From Podarcis cretensis (Eukaryota): a DNA stretch of 64,000 nt. Shown one piece after another: positions 36,301 through 50,600 of the stretch. The stretch's first letter is position 1, and every line of letters starts with the position of its first letter. Location: contig OX638154.1 of assembly GCA_951804945.1 (NCBI GenBank), positions 59,582,001 through 59,646,000 on the forward strand. Direction: 5' to 3'. A model generated the notes under the pieces. The model had not been told where the DNA came from, made no database searches, and saw only the letters and a program-made list of their open reading frames with translations. The translations under genes and the position numbers were made by a program.

Positions 36301-38019
36301 ATGTTTCTTACAGAAAATATGACATTTTTTAAACAAAAGCATCATTAAAAGCAGGATGTTAGAAGCAATGTATATCTCATACTGTATGTTTGAAATGGCA
36401 TGATTTGGGCTGAATTAGCTGTAATTATCACCAAGCTAATCAAGTCATACTGGAAAGGCTCACTGAAAACATCAGGCTCAGTGGGCTGCAGCAGTGAGAT
36501 TAATGGCAAATTCTATGTGAAGAATTACCAGCAAAATAAATAGAAAATAGAACTCACATTTATTACAGTGCCATAAAACAGCAACTAAACTTTCACATGT
36601 TTTTCTGTCATGGATGCTTCAGCTGAGATTCCTGCATTGCAGGGGTTGGACTAGATGACCCTTGGGGTCCCTTTCCAACCCTACAATTCTATTATTCTAT
36701 GTTATAGTGCTGGCAAAGATAAACAAAGGGGCAGCTACAATTGAGTTGTCCACTGAAAATGACAGACATTAGGCTTACAAGAGAGAACTATTTCTTCACA
36801 AAATGTGATTAATTTATCGATTATCGAGTCCCACAACATGAGGAAATGGTCTTCAATTGAATAGCTTTAAAATGAAGTGTCACCTCTAAATCTACGAGAT
36901 TAAATTTTGATTTTTGTTTTGCTCCCGAACAATTCAGAGAGTAAAAGATATACCTATATCCATTACACCTAGAATTTTATCTTGTGAATACCTGACATTT
37001 TCATAATGTTATCTACCTGCCATTAACACTGTTTACCTGATATATCCGAACCGGCATTTTCTCTACAAATAAGCCTTTTTTCTCCCCTTTCTTGACCAGC
37101 TTGGTCAAGATGGACAAGCGGTCACTACTGGGTCTATGGGGCCGTGGCGATGATTGTGGTGAAACATCTGGTGAAGATGGAGCAGACCTAGGAAATAAAA
37201 CGCATGTAAGCTCAATTCTGAAAATATATTCTTCCATTTGCTTGACAAAATACAAAGCCAAAGTTCTCAAGTATGTTGTGCATCTAGCAATGCACATTTG
37301 ATCATGACTTTACGTTCTGCGCATGGAAGGCCTGAACTCATTATATGGCTGATTGTGGCTACAATCCTGCATCCTCTGCTAGGGCAGCAGGCTGTGGAGC
37401 AGTGTTTTTTAAGAAGCCAGTGTAGCTTCTCCTCCTTCGTCAGGTCTCCAGGGCTGTTTACTGCTGTGGTGCTGGGTACATTGCTCTAAACAGATGCTCC
37501 CATGCATTCAACAACCTGCCAAGCCCTCTCTTACAGCTCTGCTTCTGCTACTACTAATACACCGTATCTGTAATACCCAATGATGTTCATAACTGAACCA
37601 TTTCTTTTTCGTAATGAAAAGAGGCTTCATAGAGTCAGCTGGCCAGCCCACTGCTAATGGAAAAAAATGAAACAAGGTAAAGAGAAAACCAAAGGTTTCT
37701 CTGACTAAATGTTTTTTTGGCCGTTTTAGCAGGATTTGAGTTTCATGGTGCAAGTATTCACCCCCAAATGGTTATGTTCTACTTTTTCAAGGTTATATCT
37801 TTAAAAAGTTTCAATACTGTAGCTTGTACAGTCCTATTCCTTCATACAGCACCCACCTCCTAAATGTCTTGGGTGCCCCTAGTCATAAACATACTCACAG
37901 AAGCTGTCCTGAGCTTATGTGTAACCAAATTATAGCCTCAAGAGTACTCCTCTGAACAGAAGATTATAAATTCTGCAGAGGTCCCTCATGGAAGGAATAA
38001 GCTTCTGGTTAAGTAGCTT

Positions 38020-38087
<68 letters not shown>

Positions 38088-38587
38088 GAGGGGAAGCAAG
38101 ATGTTCTGCTTGTGCAGGAATCAGATAACTGGGGTTAGAGGTAGGTAAACTTACAAAGACAGGTCCTCAGCTTCCTGACGCACGACGCTAACTCTGCTTT
38201 TCTTTGGCAAAACTGGCGAGTTCTGGTCAGAGACTCTCTGGTAGAAGAGCATGTAGGCATTCCAGTAGCGGCGGCGAACATCAGGATATGGATTTGCTAC
38301 GAAGAAGAGATATCCTTATAGTTGACTGACCTGATTCTTGCAGCAGGAATATTGGCCTAACTACAACTTTCAGGCAGTTGTTAATGGAAATCTACACATT
38401 CCAACGGGGAAAGAATAAATTGCTGATTAAGGGGGCCAACAAGCAACATTTTCCATGGCATTTTATTTTCCAAAGGCAGGTGGCTTACTTCTGTTTCACA
38501 TCAAACATTTTTCTCCCCCCGACTCCAAGGCCAAGAAAAGCAGGTCTGTGCAGGAAACAGCACATCACTGATATGCATGCATGCTTC

Positions 38588-38635
<48 letters not shown>

Positions 38636-41600
38636 CATGCACAGAAGCAATACACTACACATCACACGCACGTTTCACGTTGCTTCCTACATGTAAATGC
38701 CTTCTGGGTAGAAAAAGCATGTTTTTGTGTAGCAACTCTGATCACACCAGTTATACTCTTCAGTTCCCAATTGGTTAAGGAGCCATATGAATAGAATAAA
38801 AAACAACAGGACAGCAGCCATACAGTATGTCAGTAATATGATTAAATTTTTCTGAAGACAGATGCCAAACTTCCACATCAGCAACTGTGATCCTGTAACT
38901 CAGCCCTGAAATGAGTAAGATTTAAATGCAGGGAAAAGTGATAATGGAACACAAAATTTATACTTACACTGGTCATAAACTTTGGGTCTATACTCTCCGC
39001 CAAAGCATTCATACTCCAAAGTTTCATCATTCAACTCAAATTCTTCAACAACTGTGTCATTGAATTTGAACCATTTTCCTTTTCCACATCCCCTGTTGGT
39101 AACACACAGAAACACAAGCCATGTTCACTGTCAAAGATGATGGCTTAAAAATCTCAAAAAAGTTTTCTAATAGCTTTCCAATTCTCATGGCTACCAAAGA
39201 GATAATCTGCATTGAGAATGATTTCATGTTAAAATCAAATATGGAACAAAACAGATCTGAATTTAAAGGGATCAGAAATCACAGCAAGATGGCAGACACA
39301 TTCACCACCGGTCTGTTTCATACAATGATTCAAACTTTATAAAGATCATCCCTCCTGTCACACACATCCTTTGAGAGGAAGATTCTGGTTTTGTTTTAAG
39401 CCAGAGCTACCCCATTACATTTGCAAAAACTTTCAAGCATACTGATATACTTTCATACAGAGCTTTAAAAAGTGCTATACAAAAATTATGCATTTGCCAA
39501 TAGAGTTTGCAGGTTTAACACTGTATGGTCTTAGCTGCTTTAAAGTATTCAAGCAAAGAACTAGTAGAGCCCATCCAGAGCAGACTTTTCCTTACCTTCT
39601 ATCTTTGATAAAGGAATAGTAGTGCCCTGCATGGGCCTGACCGCTGTGCACTATTACCCCAACCAGCTCATAGTTTTCTGTAGGGGCCACTTTCTTCCGT
39701 GGGGATCCTGCACCTCCCTGATCGACGTGTCGCCCATTGTCTCCAACTTCCGAGGAAGAATCTTGCCGGGCCATTCCTGAAACTGTATAGGGTTCCATGT
39801 TCAGCATCCAGGGGAACTGTTTGAAAGGAAACACTTCTGATTAAATTTAAACCTGAGCCCTATTACTTGTTTATAAACCTCCTGTAATTACCTAAAACAC
39901 AGGGCGCCTAACCTTTAAAGGTTGAACACAGGAAATAGTTTATGGGATGGAGAGAGTCATAGAGCAAACCAGAAGCTTTGTCTGTTTTTCCAGGACTCAG
40001 CATGGAACTTTCGATTTTTTCCCAGAGAGAAAGATTATGGACTTCAGCTCAGAAAGCAAGTCACAATCCCTTCTTTTGAAACTCTGCAAGCACCATTAGT
40101 AGTTAGGGCAGGTAATGTCAAAGGCCTATCAGAGGGACAGAGATACACCATGGGCAACATGCATACTTGGAACAGAATAAATAATGGTGAGAAGTAAAGA
40201 TTCCATTCCATTCCTTTAGAGAAATAAAGAGCAGCTGCGCTTACCTTTATCTGTTCATCGTACTTAATGGAACGTCCACTTTCCCAATCAAATCCAAATC
40301 TCATGAGGTGGATCACCAACAAGCTAGGCAGAGCTTTAATGCACGTCCGCTTTACTGTAGTTCTCTTAAAAATAGAAGAGAGTCACCTCCAGCTACTCAT
40401 TTTAGCATCAGGGAATGCATACTTCCTGCTCACTGTAGAGAAGTTTTCTTACAATTATGGATTTAGGTTGATAGAATCAAAGAGCAGGAAAACTATTTTC
40501 TAAAGACTAACTACTAATTCCTTATCAAATCTTTTCTCAAAGGCAAAAACTTTCAAACATAGAAATATTTTGTCTCTGCTTTGCCTAGGACACCAATATT
40601 CTGAAGTGACACCCCCCCCAATATATATATATACTACCCCAGTACTCATTGAAGGAAGCGCAGAATATCAATGTGATAAAAACAAGAACACATTAAACTT
40701 GAGGGCTTGGACTAGACTCATTCTCCAGATCTCTAAGTGTACTAACACACCCTGGGTTGTCTCTCCCTTAGAATATCACAGTTAAAATACCTAACTGTCA
40801 CCAGGAGAGGGGGAGAAGCATTACCTTTTCTTTACATTTCTCACAGTAATATGCATTACTTCCTTCCAGGATTTCTCCTCTAACAAACTGATCCAATGAA
40901 ATTTCCAGGCTTTGACATGAAGTGACTCCTAGATTGAGAGCCATAAAGGCTTCCTCTCGTTCGTATCTACACCAAATTGGATAATGAAAAAGGGTTAGAC
41001 TGCAATACTACCAACTCTATTGTTTCATGGTTTAAGAGATGTCTCTTTTTGGCAATATCTTTAACAGTCAAACCCACTGCAGACATGAGGCTTATCATCT
41101 CCTTTGATGGTTTACAGAGCAATCTTAAATGTAGAAAAATCTTAATTTACACTGGCTTAAGTTAAGCCTATTTCCAGCTCTATGAAGGAAGAATATGATT
41201 CACACCACCCATTTTGCTGGCTAAGTTCTGCCAGGTTGTGAGGCCACATGACTTAACTGCAAGGGCTTTGGAAAAGGTCTAAGTCTCTCCTTGCCCTGTT
41301 CCACCTCTGCCAGGCCCTCAGGATGCCTCCCTTTTTTGAGACTTCTGTTGGCAACCCTCTGGCTCAGACACGGTGAAAGACTTCTGCCAGCATATCCCCA
41401 GCTGAGGAAGCCCAAAATCTGCCAGAACCAAACCTATTCATCCCAGAGGATCTTGAGTTTGGATTGTGCTGTAAGACAGCAGGCTATAGACTCATGGCTC
41501 CATCCCATTCTCCCTGCAATTTCAATCCTGGTGAGGGTTTGCTGCTTAAAAACTAACCATGGTTACTATTTATGAAGAATTAAGAAGTAGTATAATTACA

Positions 41601-44600
41601 GATGCAATACTAACCATATTGACAAGAAAATGGGAGTGGGGGTGTCATACAGGATAGGGGAGGCGGGTGCCACAGAAACAGATCTATGGCAGCCTTCCTT
41701 CACCTGGCAGCCTCCAGAGGTTTTGGATTCCAAATCCCATCAGGCCCACTCAACATGGATGATGTGAGTTGTAGCCCAAAACACTTGGAAGGCACTAGGT
41801 TGGGAAAGGGATAGGAAAGAGACTTCCCAGACACCATCTGCTGGGAGCACGTTTTCCGTATTTGCAACCAAGCTGATGTGTTTTATTTCTACTTTTAGAA
41901 ATGAAGAATTGGCAACGGCTCGTATAAACCCTAACCTATGAGAATTATAAAGGCTTGAGAAATTAATTTAGAAATCTAATGTAATGTGTTGACTGAGAAG
42001 CGATCGGGCTCCTCTCCCACATAATCCAGGGAAGGGAGGATAGAAATGGTTGAGCCTTGAAAGAGCTCTGTGCTGTTGCAGAGCAGGCAGGGTTAGGACT
42101 GGGTAGGCCATATCCCATGGAATGATGAAAGCTGCCGAATGACTGACATGGCCCTGCCTGTGGAAAGGAGAATTCCATGCCTGAATCATGCTAATCTGCA
42201 AGAGAAAAAGTTGAGGGGGGAAATCGGCAGTGTACTTATCAAGAGCTTTTTCTCCTTTAAAATGAAGTCACTGAATGGCACTAAACAAAGATGAAAATCA
42301 AGTACTTCCAGTAGTTCCAGTAGTTAACATTAAGAGTTCTTTTTTCGAAGTAGGCTACCCGTAACTAGGAATAACCTAGTGAAAATTCACCCACCTATGA
42401 GGACAGTCTTTGCAGATTTTCTGATCAGAGTAGATTCCCTGGAAAGTGTTCTTAAATATTTGGTCTCGTCCTATTTTCTGTAAGAGATAAAAAAAAATGC
42501 TAATAGCAGCTAGCTTATACATGAAGCAGTTGTTATTGAAAAGAAGTACTGTGTAATTATAACACCATAACAAACATAAAAATAACCTTGAGGTATTCAT
42601 CCATCTGATCTATAAGACTTGTGAAGAACTCATAAGCATCTTGTTGTTCACGCACATAGAGCTCCTTGTTCCACATCTTGAAGATCTAAAATATAAAATG
42701 TATTCCATGGAGTCACTGCTATAAGATACTGAGACTCTTAAGGAAAGCAGCAGATGCATCTTAGTTCCCTGGAAAAGGTTGCCTCCCAGTGGAAGGAGAG
42801 AAGAACATCCCATTGATCTGCACCACTGGATTGTGACCAATAGGGAGAACTATATATTACAGTCATACCTTGGAAGTCGAACGGAATCAGTTCTGGAAGT
42901 CCATTAGACTTGCAAAACGTTCGGAAACCAAAGCACGGCTTCTGTTTGGCTGCAGGAAGCTCCTGCAGCCAATCAGAAGGTGTGGAAGCCCTGTCGGACG
43001 TTCAGCTTCCAAAAATAGTTTGCAAACCAGAACCGTCGCTTCCAGGTTTGCGGCATTCAGGAGCCAAAACATTTGAGAACTAAGCTGTTCGAAAACCAAG
43101 GTATGACTGTATATTCAAACAGGTAAGAGCCCTTTTAGTATTGCTGCATTTCAGTAGGTTTAGACCTTAATCTACATGTTAAAATTGGGGGTGGGGAGAA
43201 TTACCTTCCAGAAATTTTCAGGTATGTAATACTGCAGCTTGCTCTCCATTAAGTGACCGAAAAGTGACTGAACTTGATAGAACACATTGTCATCGGGATT
43301 GTCCATGTCATCGTCAATCGAAAGCAATGCCTTTGGAAACAATTGGCAAGGAAAGTTATTGAAAATGCATCACACTGAAGAACAGTTCAGTTTCATCAGG
43401 AGTTGGTAAGAGCAGTAATCAAGGTACTTAATATTAATATTCAACATACTCAAAGCTTCCTTATTAGCTATTCCCACCTTCAACAAGCATACTGGTTAGG
43501 AAGATGGAAGGGACGAAGAGTAGGGCCACATGGCTGGCCTCACTGAGAGGCTTCTCACCAAACTGCACTACCTCAAAGGACTGGAATTCATTCTGTCCCC
43601 TTAAAGGAACAATAAGGAGGAGAGATCACAAGGCTCCCGTATCTGTCCTCCAAGCAAAGCAGAGCAAGAGCCTGGGCTTCAAATGCCCATGTGCTCCAAC
43701 TATGGCCCAGGTGGGCCCAGAGGTATTCTTCAAAGGAAGGGGAAAGAGGGCGAGCAAGCTCCAGCTCTGTGTTTAGCCTCCAAACCTTTTCAGAGAAGAA
43801 AAGGAATCCTGCTGCTGTCTGGGAGGCTTGGGGATGATGGACCAATTGTGTGTGTGCTTCTCCTGTTGTTTTGTTTTTGGTGCTTGTGTTTGTGTGCAAT
43901 TTGCTTTTGTTGTTTGGGGCTGGGTGTTCTCCTTGCTTTTAATTATTTCCAAAGTTATGCTTTTTGTCACTGCCGGGGTATGCGTGTTTTGCCTAGTTTA
44001 TACTGTGTTTATTTTGTGATGTATGTGTTTTTCTGGGGATGCTGCATGTTTGTTTTGTCTGTATTTTGTCATCTACACAAGTGTTTTGCCTGTGTGAGTG
44101 TCAACAGTTTTTATTCTGTGACATGCGCATTTTATGGTGTCCCAGAAAGTTTTGGATTTCTAAATGTGCCTGAGCCAAAACCCTACCACCAAGGTTAGAG
44201 ATCCCCTCATTTACTACATATAAATCTCAGCCTTGTAATTTCTGAACTAGGTAGTTTTCGATTTACCTCAGAGTTGTGGCCCATTTTCATGATTCAGCAC
44301 TCCTTCCTTCCCAGAGTCCATACTATATGTGTAGTTAACAGGCATCCCAAAAGAATTTGCTTTAAGAACAGTAAATAAAGATTACCTCGGGAAGTCCTGG
44401 CTGCATATAGAGCTGTTGGAAGACTGCATTCATGTAGCATGTTGCACCTCCATTTTTTAACCCCACAAATCCTGAAATGGATCGACCGTCTACAGGTGGG
44501 AGATACTGGAAGAAAGGGAGGCAGAGAGCAGAAATTTGTAGCAAAGAAGATTTAAAGCATTAATGGGTATAATTTTTTTAAAAACTGAATATCCAAGAGA

Positions 44601-47600
44601 CTTTCCAAAAGTATTCATTATGGTCCCTTCCAATGCTACAATTCTATGACTCTCATTATTTAATCCATTCTGAAGATCTGACATTTAGCTTCATATATAC
44701 ATAGCTGGAGTGAAAAAATTTACTTCCATTGAAGTAACCCACTTACATCAAATTCCTTGGAAAGAGCTGGATCAAGCTGGTGATGCATAGAGAGCAGCTC
44801 TTTTGTAATAAGCTGTAGATTCGAGGGCGAGCTATCTGCCAGCATCACCAGCACTTCATATGCTGCTAATCGGCTATTCACTGTACTGCACCTAGAAGGG
44901 AGCAAAAAGAATCTGTTCGTGCTGCACATTCAGTTTTCATACTAGCAAGATATATCAAATGACCTACTTCCAATAGTTGCCACAGGGAATCCAAGTAAAG
45001 TTTAATGCCCATCTGTGCAGTCCAATTTTAAAACCATTCAGGGCATTTTTATTTCCCGGACCAGTGGATGTTATTTATTTTGCAGAGGAAGGCAAAGAAT
45101 AAAAACAGTCTGTGTGCTTATCATCCCCCCCCTAAAGGCTGGTTCCGGGATGTAAATAAAATGACACTTAAGCAGAAAAGTACTTAGATTTCTGCATAAA
45201 ATCCCAAACTCAGTGGCTAAGTTAAGTTACTGGTACACCCATACGAGAAATTTACGAAAACAGTTAACCCAATTTCTTTGTTTCTGGGTATGGCATTCAA
45301 CATTTTGAGGGAGTTATGGACTGTGATAATGCACGGGTTAGTTACACCGGCCCTATGGTCCAATAAATTGTTCAGATGCCTTTGTGCTTCTGAAAGAGGG
45401 ATTGAGCTTTGCTTTTTAAAACAACTGAGCCCTTTGGATTTTGTAATGGACCAACTATAGCCATTCAAATTATGCACAGTAAAAATAAATAGTTCTGGAA
45501 GTGCATTTACAATATTGCTTAATAATCTTCAAGAATTTGAAATGTGATTCTCCACAGATATGGAACATCATGTTCTAAAAATGTAATAAAGGACATGAGA
45601 GCAATATAGATGATTTATAATTGAGTAGTATTTCAATATGTTTCTTAATAGCCCCTCTCAGGAACCACATTTATTCTCAGTTATTTAATTTCTCGGCACA
45701 CTCAAGCACTGCTTATGAAGTTTACTTTAATGTCTTTTTTTTAAAAAGGAAATTGTTCCATTCTGCACAAAGCTGATTGACTATTCAAGAGTGGTAGATC
45801 CAAGCCCTCTGTGCTTCTTTGTTTAATACAACAAAAGTCCTCATGCACTCTTTACTTTGGATGAAAGTCTTGCTGAGTGGCAGCCACACTGCCAGCTGGA
45901 GAATGGCTGTTCAGAATAATCCTAGATGCTCGGAAGAGGAAGTCATCTAATAATGGTTTGATCAAAGACGAACCTATAAAGGGAATAACATTATGTTCAA
46001 CGTTGACCGTTACAGGATTTATAATAAATGATCATGCAAGAAAAAGGTGTCCAGTGAGGGATCATGCTTTTCCTATCATCTCCACTTAAACAGCTGAGAA
46101 AGGTCTTACTGGATAACTGCTGCCAGCGTCAGAACAGATAGCTTCACCTTGGCGGAACACAAGCCGGACTATAGAAGCTTTCACTGTATTTAAAGAGCAC
46201 CACGACCATAGTTTCCCTTCCCTTTACTAAAACAACTAGGCAATGATTATCAAATGGCATCACATGCTGTTCCTGTTTTATTGTAAGCTACACATATAGC
46301 TATCCTCACCCCAGAGAACTGTTATTTTTGTTCTAATTGTCTAATTTATGACCAAAGCACTACGAATCAAATGTGGAAAACAGCAAATAATTTTCATTTA
46401 AGACCACTGCTATTTGAAGTATGTTCTAAGCAGGCAGGAAAGTGAGACAACCTCTGCTCACTCAGGTCTTATCCTAAGAGATAGTTGTTCATACTGCCAA
46501 ATTTGCTGCATTTGCTTATTTGCCTGAAAGCTTAAGCCTTGCTCCACAAAGGAAGTGAAGAACCATTCTCTTTCCACTGTGAAAATTAGAACTCTTGTTG
46601 CCCATGGCAACCAGATGCAAGCAGCCTGACCTGACAAATTAGGAATTCTGGTGACCTGAAGCCTCAGCGATCTCAGCAGAGAGGAAGAAATCGCTAGGTT
46701 TAACATTGTAATGACACAACTAAGCACTGAAAGCAAGTTACCTAGCATTTCCTTCTCTGTTCCACAAAGTGACAGGAGGGTCTTAATGAGCCTCAAATGT
46801 CCCGCCAACAACACATTGTCAGCTTCACTGGTTTCACATTCAGCTGCACGGGTAGGTTCAAAGTTATCCAACCACGTGATCTCATCCTCCAACATAGCAG
46901 CTGGGCTAATCTTTAGTTGTTCCATTTCTGAAGCTAGGGAAGAAAAACCACATGGGTTAAGCCTACAGAACAGACGGACAAACTTAGGTTAACATTTTGT
47001 TTCATATAAAAGATATTTAGCTTAAAATGAACACAGAATTACTTTTTGGAAATGAAATGTCAAGACACAGGTAAATGTTCCTTTTTCCCCCCTAAATAGT
47101 TATTATGAAGGCGAATAGCATTTTTTTCTCTCTTCTGCCTTTCTATCACTTGCTCATACTCCTACATACATCCCCTAGTGGCAAAGAACATAAGAGCATT
47201 ATCCTGCCCACTTTTCCTAGTTCTATAAAACAATGTGAAAAAGGGCAAAGTAGCTCTTGTATGTTATTTCCATCCACAAGAAAGTGGAACACTATGGTAG
47301 TTGTAGTGTGTAGTTTCTTATGGTCTTGAAAAGGTAGGAAATGGTAATAATAATACTTTTATTATTTATACCCTGCCCATCTGGCTGGGGTAGCACTGCT
47401 ACCCACCTGTGTGCTCAGAGTCAACTACTAATCACTTGAGACAATTAGACTGCACACTAAAACTAAAGAGAAGACCCAGGCAAACAGTTCATGAGAGAGG
47501 CAGATGATCTCTCACTCAACCTCTGAAACAGTGTTTTTAGCCCATGCAAACACAGTCCTGCACAGAACTACAAGGACACAAATAATGGAGGAAGGATAAG

Positions 47601-50600
47601 AACCCAAGAGAAACACATTTCTCTCTCTCCATAAGCACAATCAATATTAATACTTGACTCAACTTCGATGGCACTGTTTACCATGTGGATACGGGACATT
47701 TTCTTATGGTACATTAAGTTTCAAGCAGTTTTGATTCCTATTACTTACATGTGAGATCGTCCAATAACTGGCATCTAAGGTCAAAGTACTCTGTACACTG
47801 GGACAAAAGCCTAAAAGCAAATTCAGGCAATTAATACTGGGGGGGGGGGGAGAATTTCAGAAGCATGTAAAATATTTACAGAAACCTTTACTTTTCTGGG
47901 TACCATGTACACATGCAAGATGTTTATTCAGACCTAGCCAACATGTTGACTTACATTCTATGCTATAAAACCAAGGTTTGCTTTTATTTTAAGTTCACAG
48001 TAGTGAATTGTTTGTAATGATGATCATCATTCATCCCAGAATAATATGTTGAAATGCTATCAGCTTAAAATCCCCTTCTTTGAAAGCAGATCTAGGATTT
48101 GGTGTTCATATTTAATGTTTAACTTTTAAAGCAAACATTGCTGCACATTCAACATCATGGATGCTTATGTTCTTATTGGAAATCTAATGGTAACAGGAAG
48201 AAGACTGAAATTTTGTTATTGGCATGCATGTAATTTTTAAACAGCACAAAAAACCCCCACAGCACTATTGGCTTTTTGTGCATTTACTATGATCAACAAA
48301 TCTAAAAGTAAGTTAGCATAGTATGCTGGCTGATGCTACTGCCTCCAGAAGTTTATCCTCTCTTTGTACTGGGTAGATTGTGGTTCAGTGTTGCATTATG
48401 ATTCAGTAACTTCCTGGCTATCCAATTCCTATTCAAGCAACCACAGGGGAAATCATAACTTCTCAGTTCACTTCTAGCACTCTTTCCCTCCCGTTTCACA
48501 AGTTTTTACTGCACTTGTCTTAAATAAGCATTTAAGACAAATGCTTATTTTTAATTCTTACATTCTCTATTGAACAAACATGCCTCCAACTTGCCTCTGG
48601 TTGACGCCTCTCATGATGCTGGTAGGTGACCAGAGCGGCAGCTGAGCAGTAAGGACGACACTCAAAAGAAATTGGTTTGGTTTTTGTATATCAGGGTGAG
48701 CTGATGTGTCTGTCTGACTGAGGGTATACAATTGGTCACAGGCCACGCGACGAATCTGGAACAGGGCAGAAGCACACGTCAGATCACAAAACCTAATACC
48801 ACTGTCTTAGAAAACTCTTAAAACACCCAAGTTACTATCGTAATTTGTCCAAGCTAGCTGAGACAGACAAGCATGTAAGGAACAGAAGTGACCATGCAGG
48901 CTCTTTCTCGAGTGGGCACTAGGACAGCACCAAGTGGTTGTCATCCTCCAATTGCTCACTTGAGGCAGGAAAAAATGTCATCAATCCACTGCTGCTTTTG
49001 AGGCAAATCTTAGTTTCAGTTTTAAACTGGCACATCTGTATAAAGTATGATAAAAATGCTTGCAGTTAATTTAATTCCCAGATGTCCAGTCCTCTAAAGA
49101 ACACAGCTTTCTCATCCTAGGAACTTGCTTGCTTGAAAGTCAGTGGTACAGCCTAAGTAACTTCATCTGTAGCAAATGTTTTTCAGCTGCCACTGGCACG
49201 AGCACTTGGTCCATGCTACAGGGCAGAACATGCCCTGCTCTCTGCAAGAGAACTGCTCTGAATACAAATGCAAGCACCTTACCTCTGCACTTGGCGAGCC
49301 AAGTAGTATGTCTATGATAAAGTCAGCAACACAAGGGAGATTGTAAAAAGATCCTAGGAAAAACACAATGTGGATTGTCACAATTTCTTTCATGAGAAAG
49401 AACTATAGTACTGAATACTCCTAGTATTAAAATATCATTGGGAAAATCTAATAGAATCATTAGCGTTATATGGCGTTACAGTAAAATGTGGGTGCCAGAT
49501 ATAAGCAGAGGTTGAGAGAAAGTGAAAACAGAGTTAGATGGTAACAAATTGGGACTGGGTCTTTGTGGCTCAATTGTATGTACGGTCAGGAAACAACAGA
49601 AAAGCTTCGTCCACTTCTCTCAAACCTACCTAGCTGCTGACTGCGGAGCTGTAGGCATGTAACTAAGAGAGACAAGGCCTCTCCTGCAATCAGTGCATCT
49701 TTGGTGGATACAGAATGCTGCCTCACACAGATCCCAGCATGCAGAGCTGTTGGTTCTCCTTCACTTCCTGAACTGCAATTGCTTCCTGCAATATGTTAAC
49801 AAGTGACAAAAGATTAAAAGAAGTGTAAATCTCTCAAGTTAGGAATGAACAGCTACAGTTGTGATAAAGTCTTATGAGCAACACAGAGCTCATTGCCAAA
49901 TCTCAGCTGTTTCAATTCTGTTAAGTCAGTGGCGTACCTGAGCTGCTAAGACGGTTACGAATGCCAACAGGGAACAGCGTGTTGCTTTCTTTGATCGGCT
50001 GACTGCTTCCCACCAGGTCAAGCCGCCCTGCAGCAGCCGCCCATGAGAGTCGCATAAAACAAGCAACTGTGGAAGTGAAGTCATTTGCTTCCATTGTCTG
50101 GGGGAGAAAAGAAAAAAGAATTCTTGTTCAAGATACCAATGTGTTAGGCCAGAAAAGCACTTACAGGTGACACCAAATCCAAGGAACATAGTTGGAAACA
50201 GGAGAAAAGCTCTGGTTTTCTGGCAGAGTGCCATTTTTTTAAAAAGGTACTAAAATTCTGCAGAGCGGATGTTTGAGCTCTGCCTTTAGCAGGGCTACTG
50301 CTGCCACATTAGACCTACTTGGATTGCAACCCGCGCAGCAGGAATGATCTCCTCCACTCTGATAGAGGACCTGTCTGACACAGACAGCTGGCGATAAGAG
50401 GACTTCTCTGGGGTTCCACACATTGACATCTGCCTGGTAGTCTGCCGGCTCACATTACGGAATGGGCGTGACGAAAGTGTTTCCACTCCATGTTTAACAA
50501 TATCGTCATCAAGAAAGGTAGGCATGGTTTGCCCAACAAGCAAAAACCTAAACGTAAAAAGAATTGTGCTGTTTTGAACAGTGAAGGCTCTATGTACCTT

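Noticed and set aside
43683-44198. 171-aa Cys/Phe-rich ORF resembling a membrane protein (also 23455-23808 and 52703-53017)
   Set aside because: Translation of T/G-rich low-complexity repeat interiors inside USP24 introns; no recognisable domain
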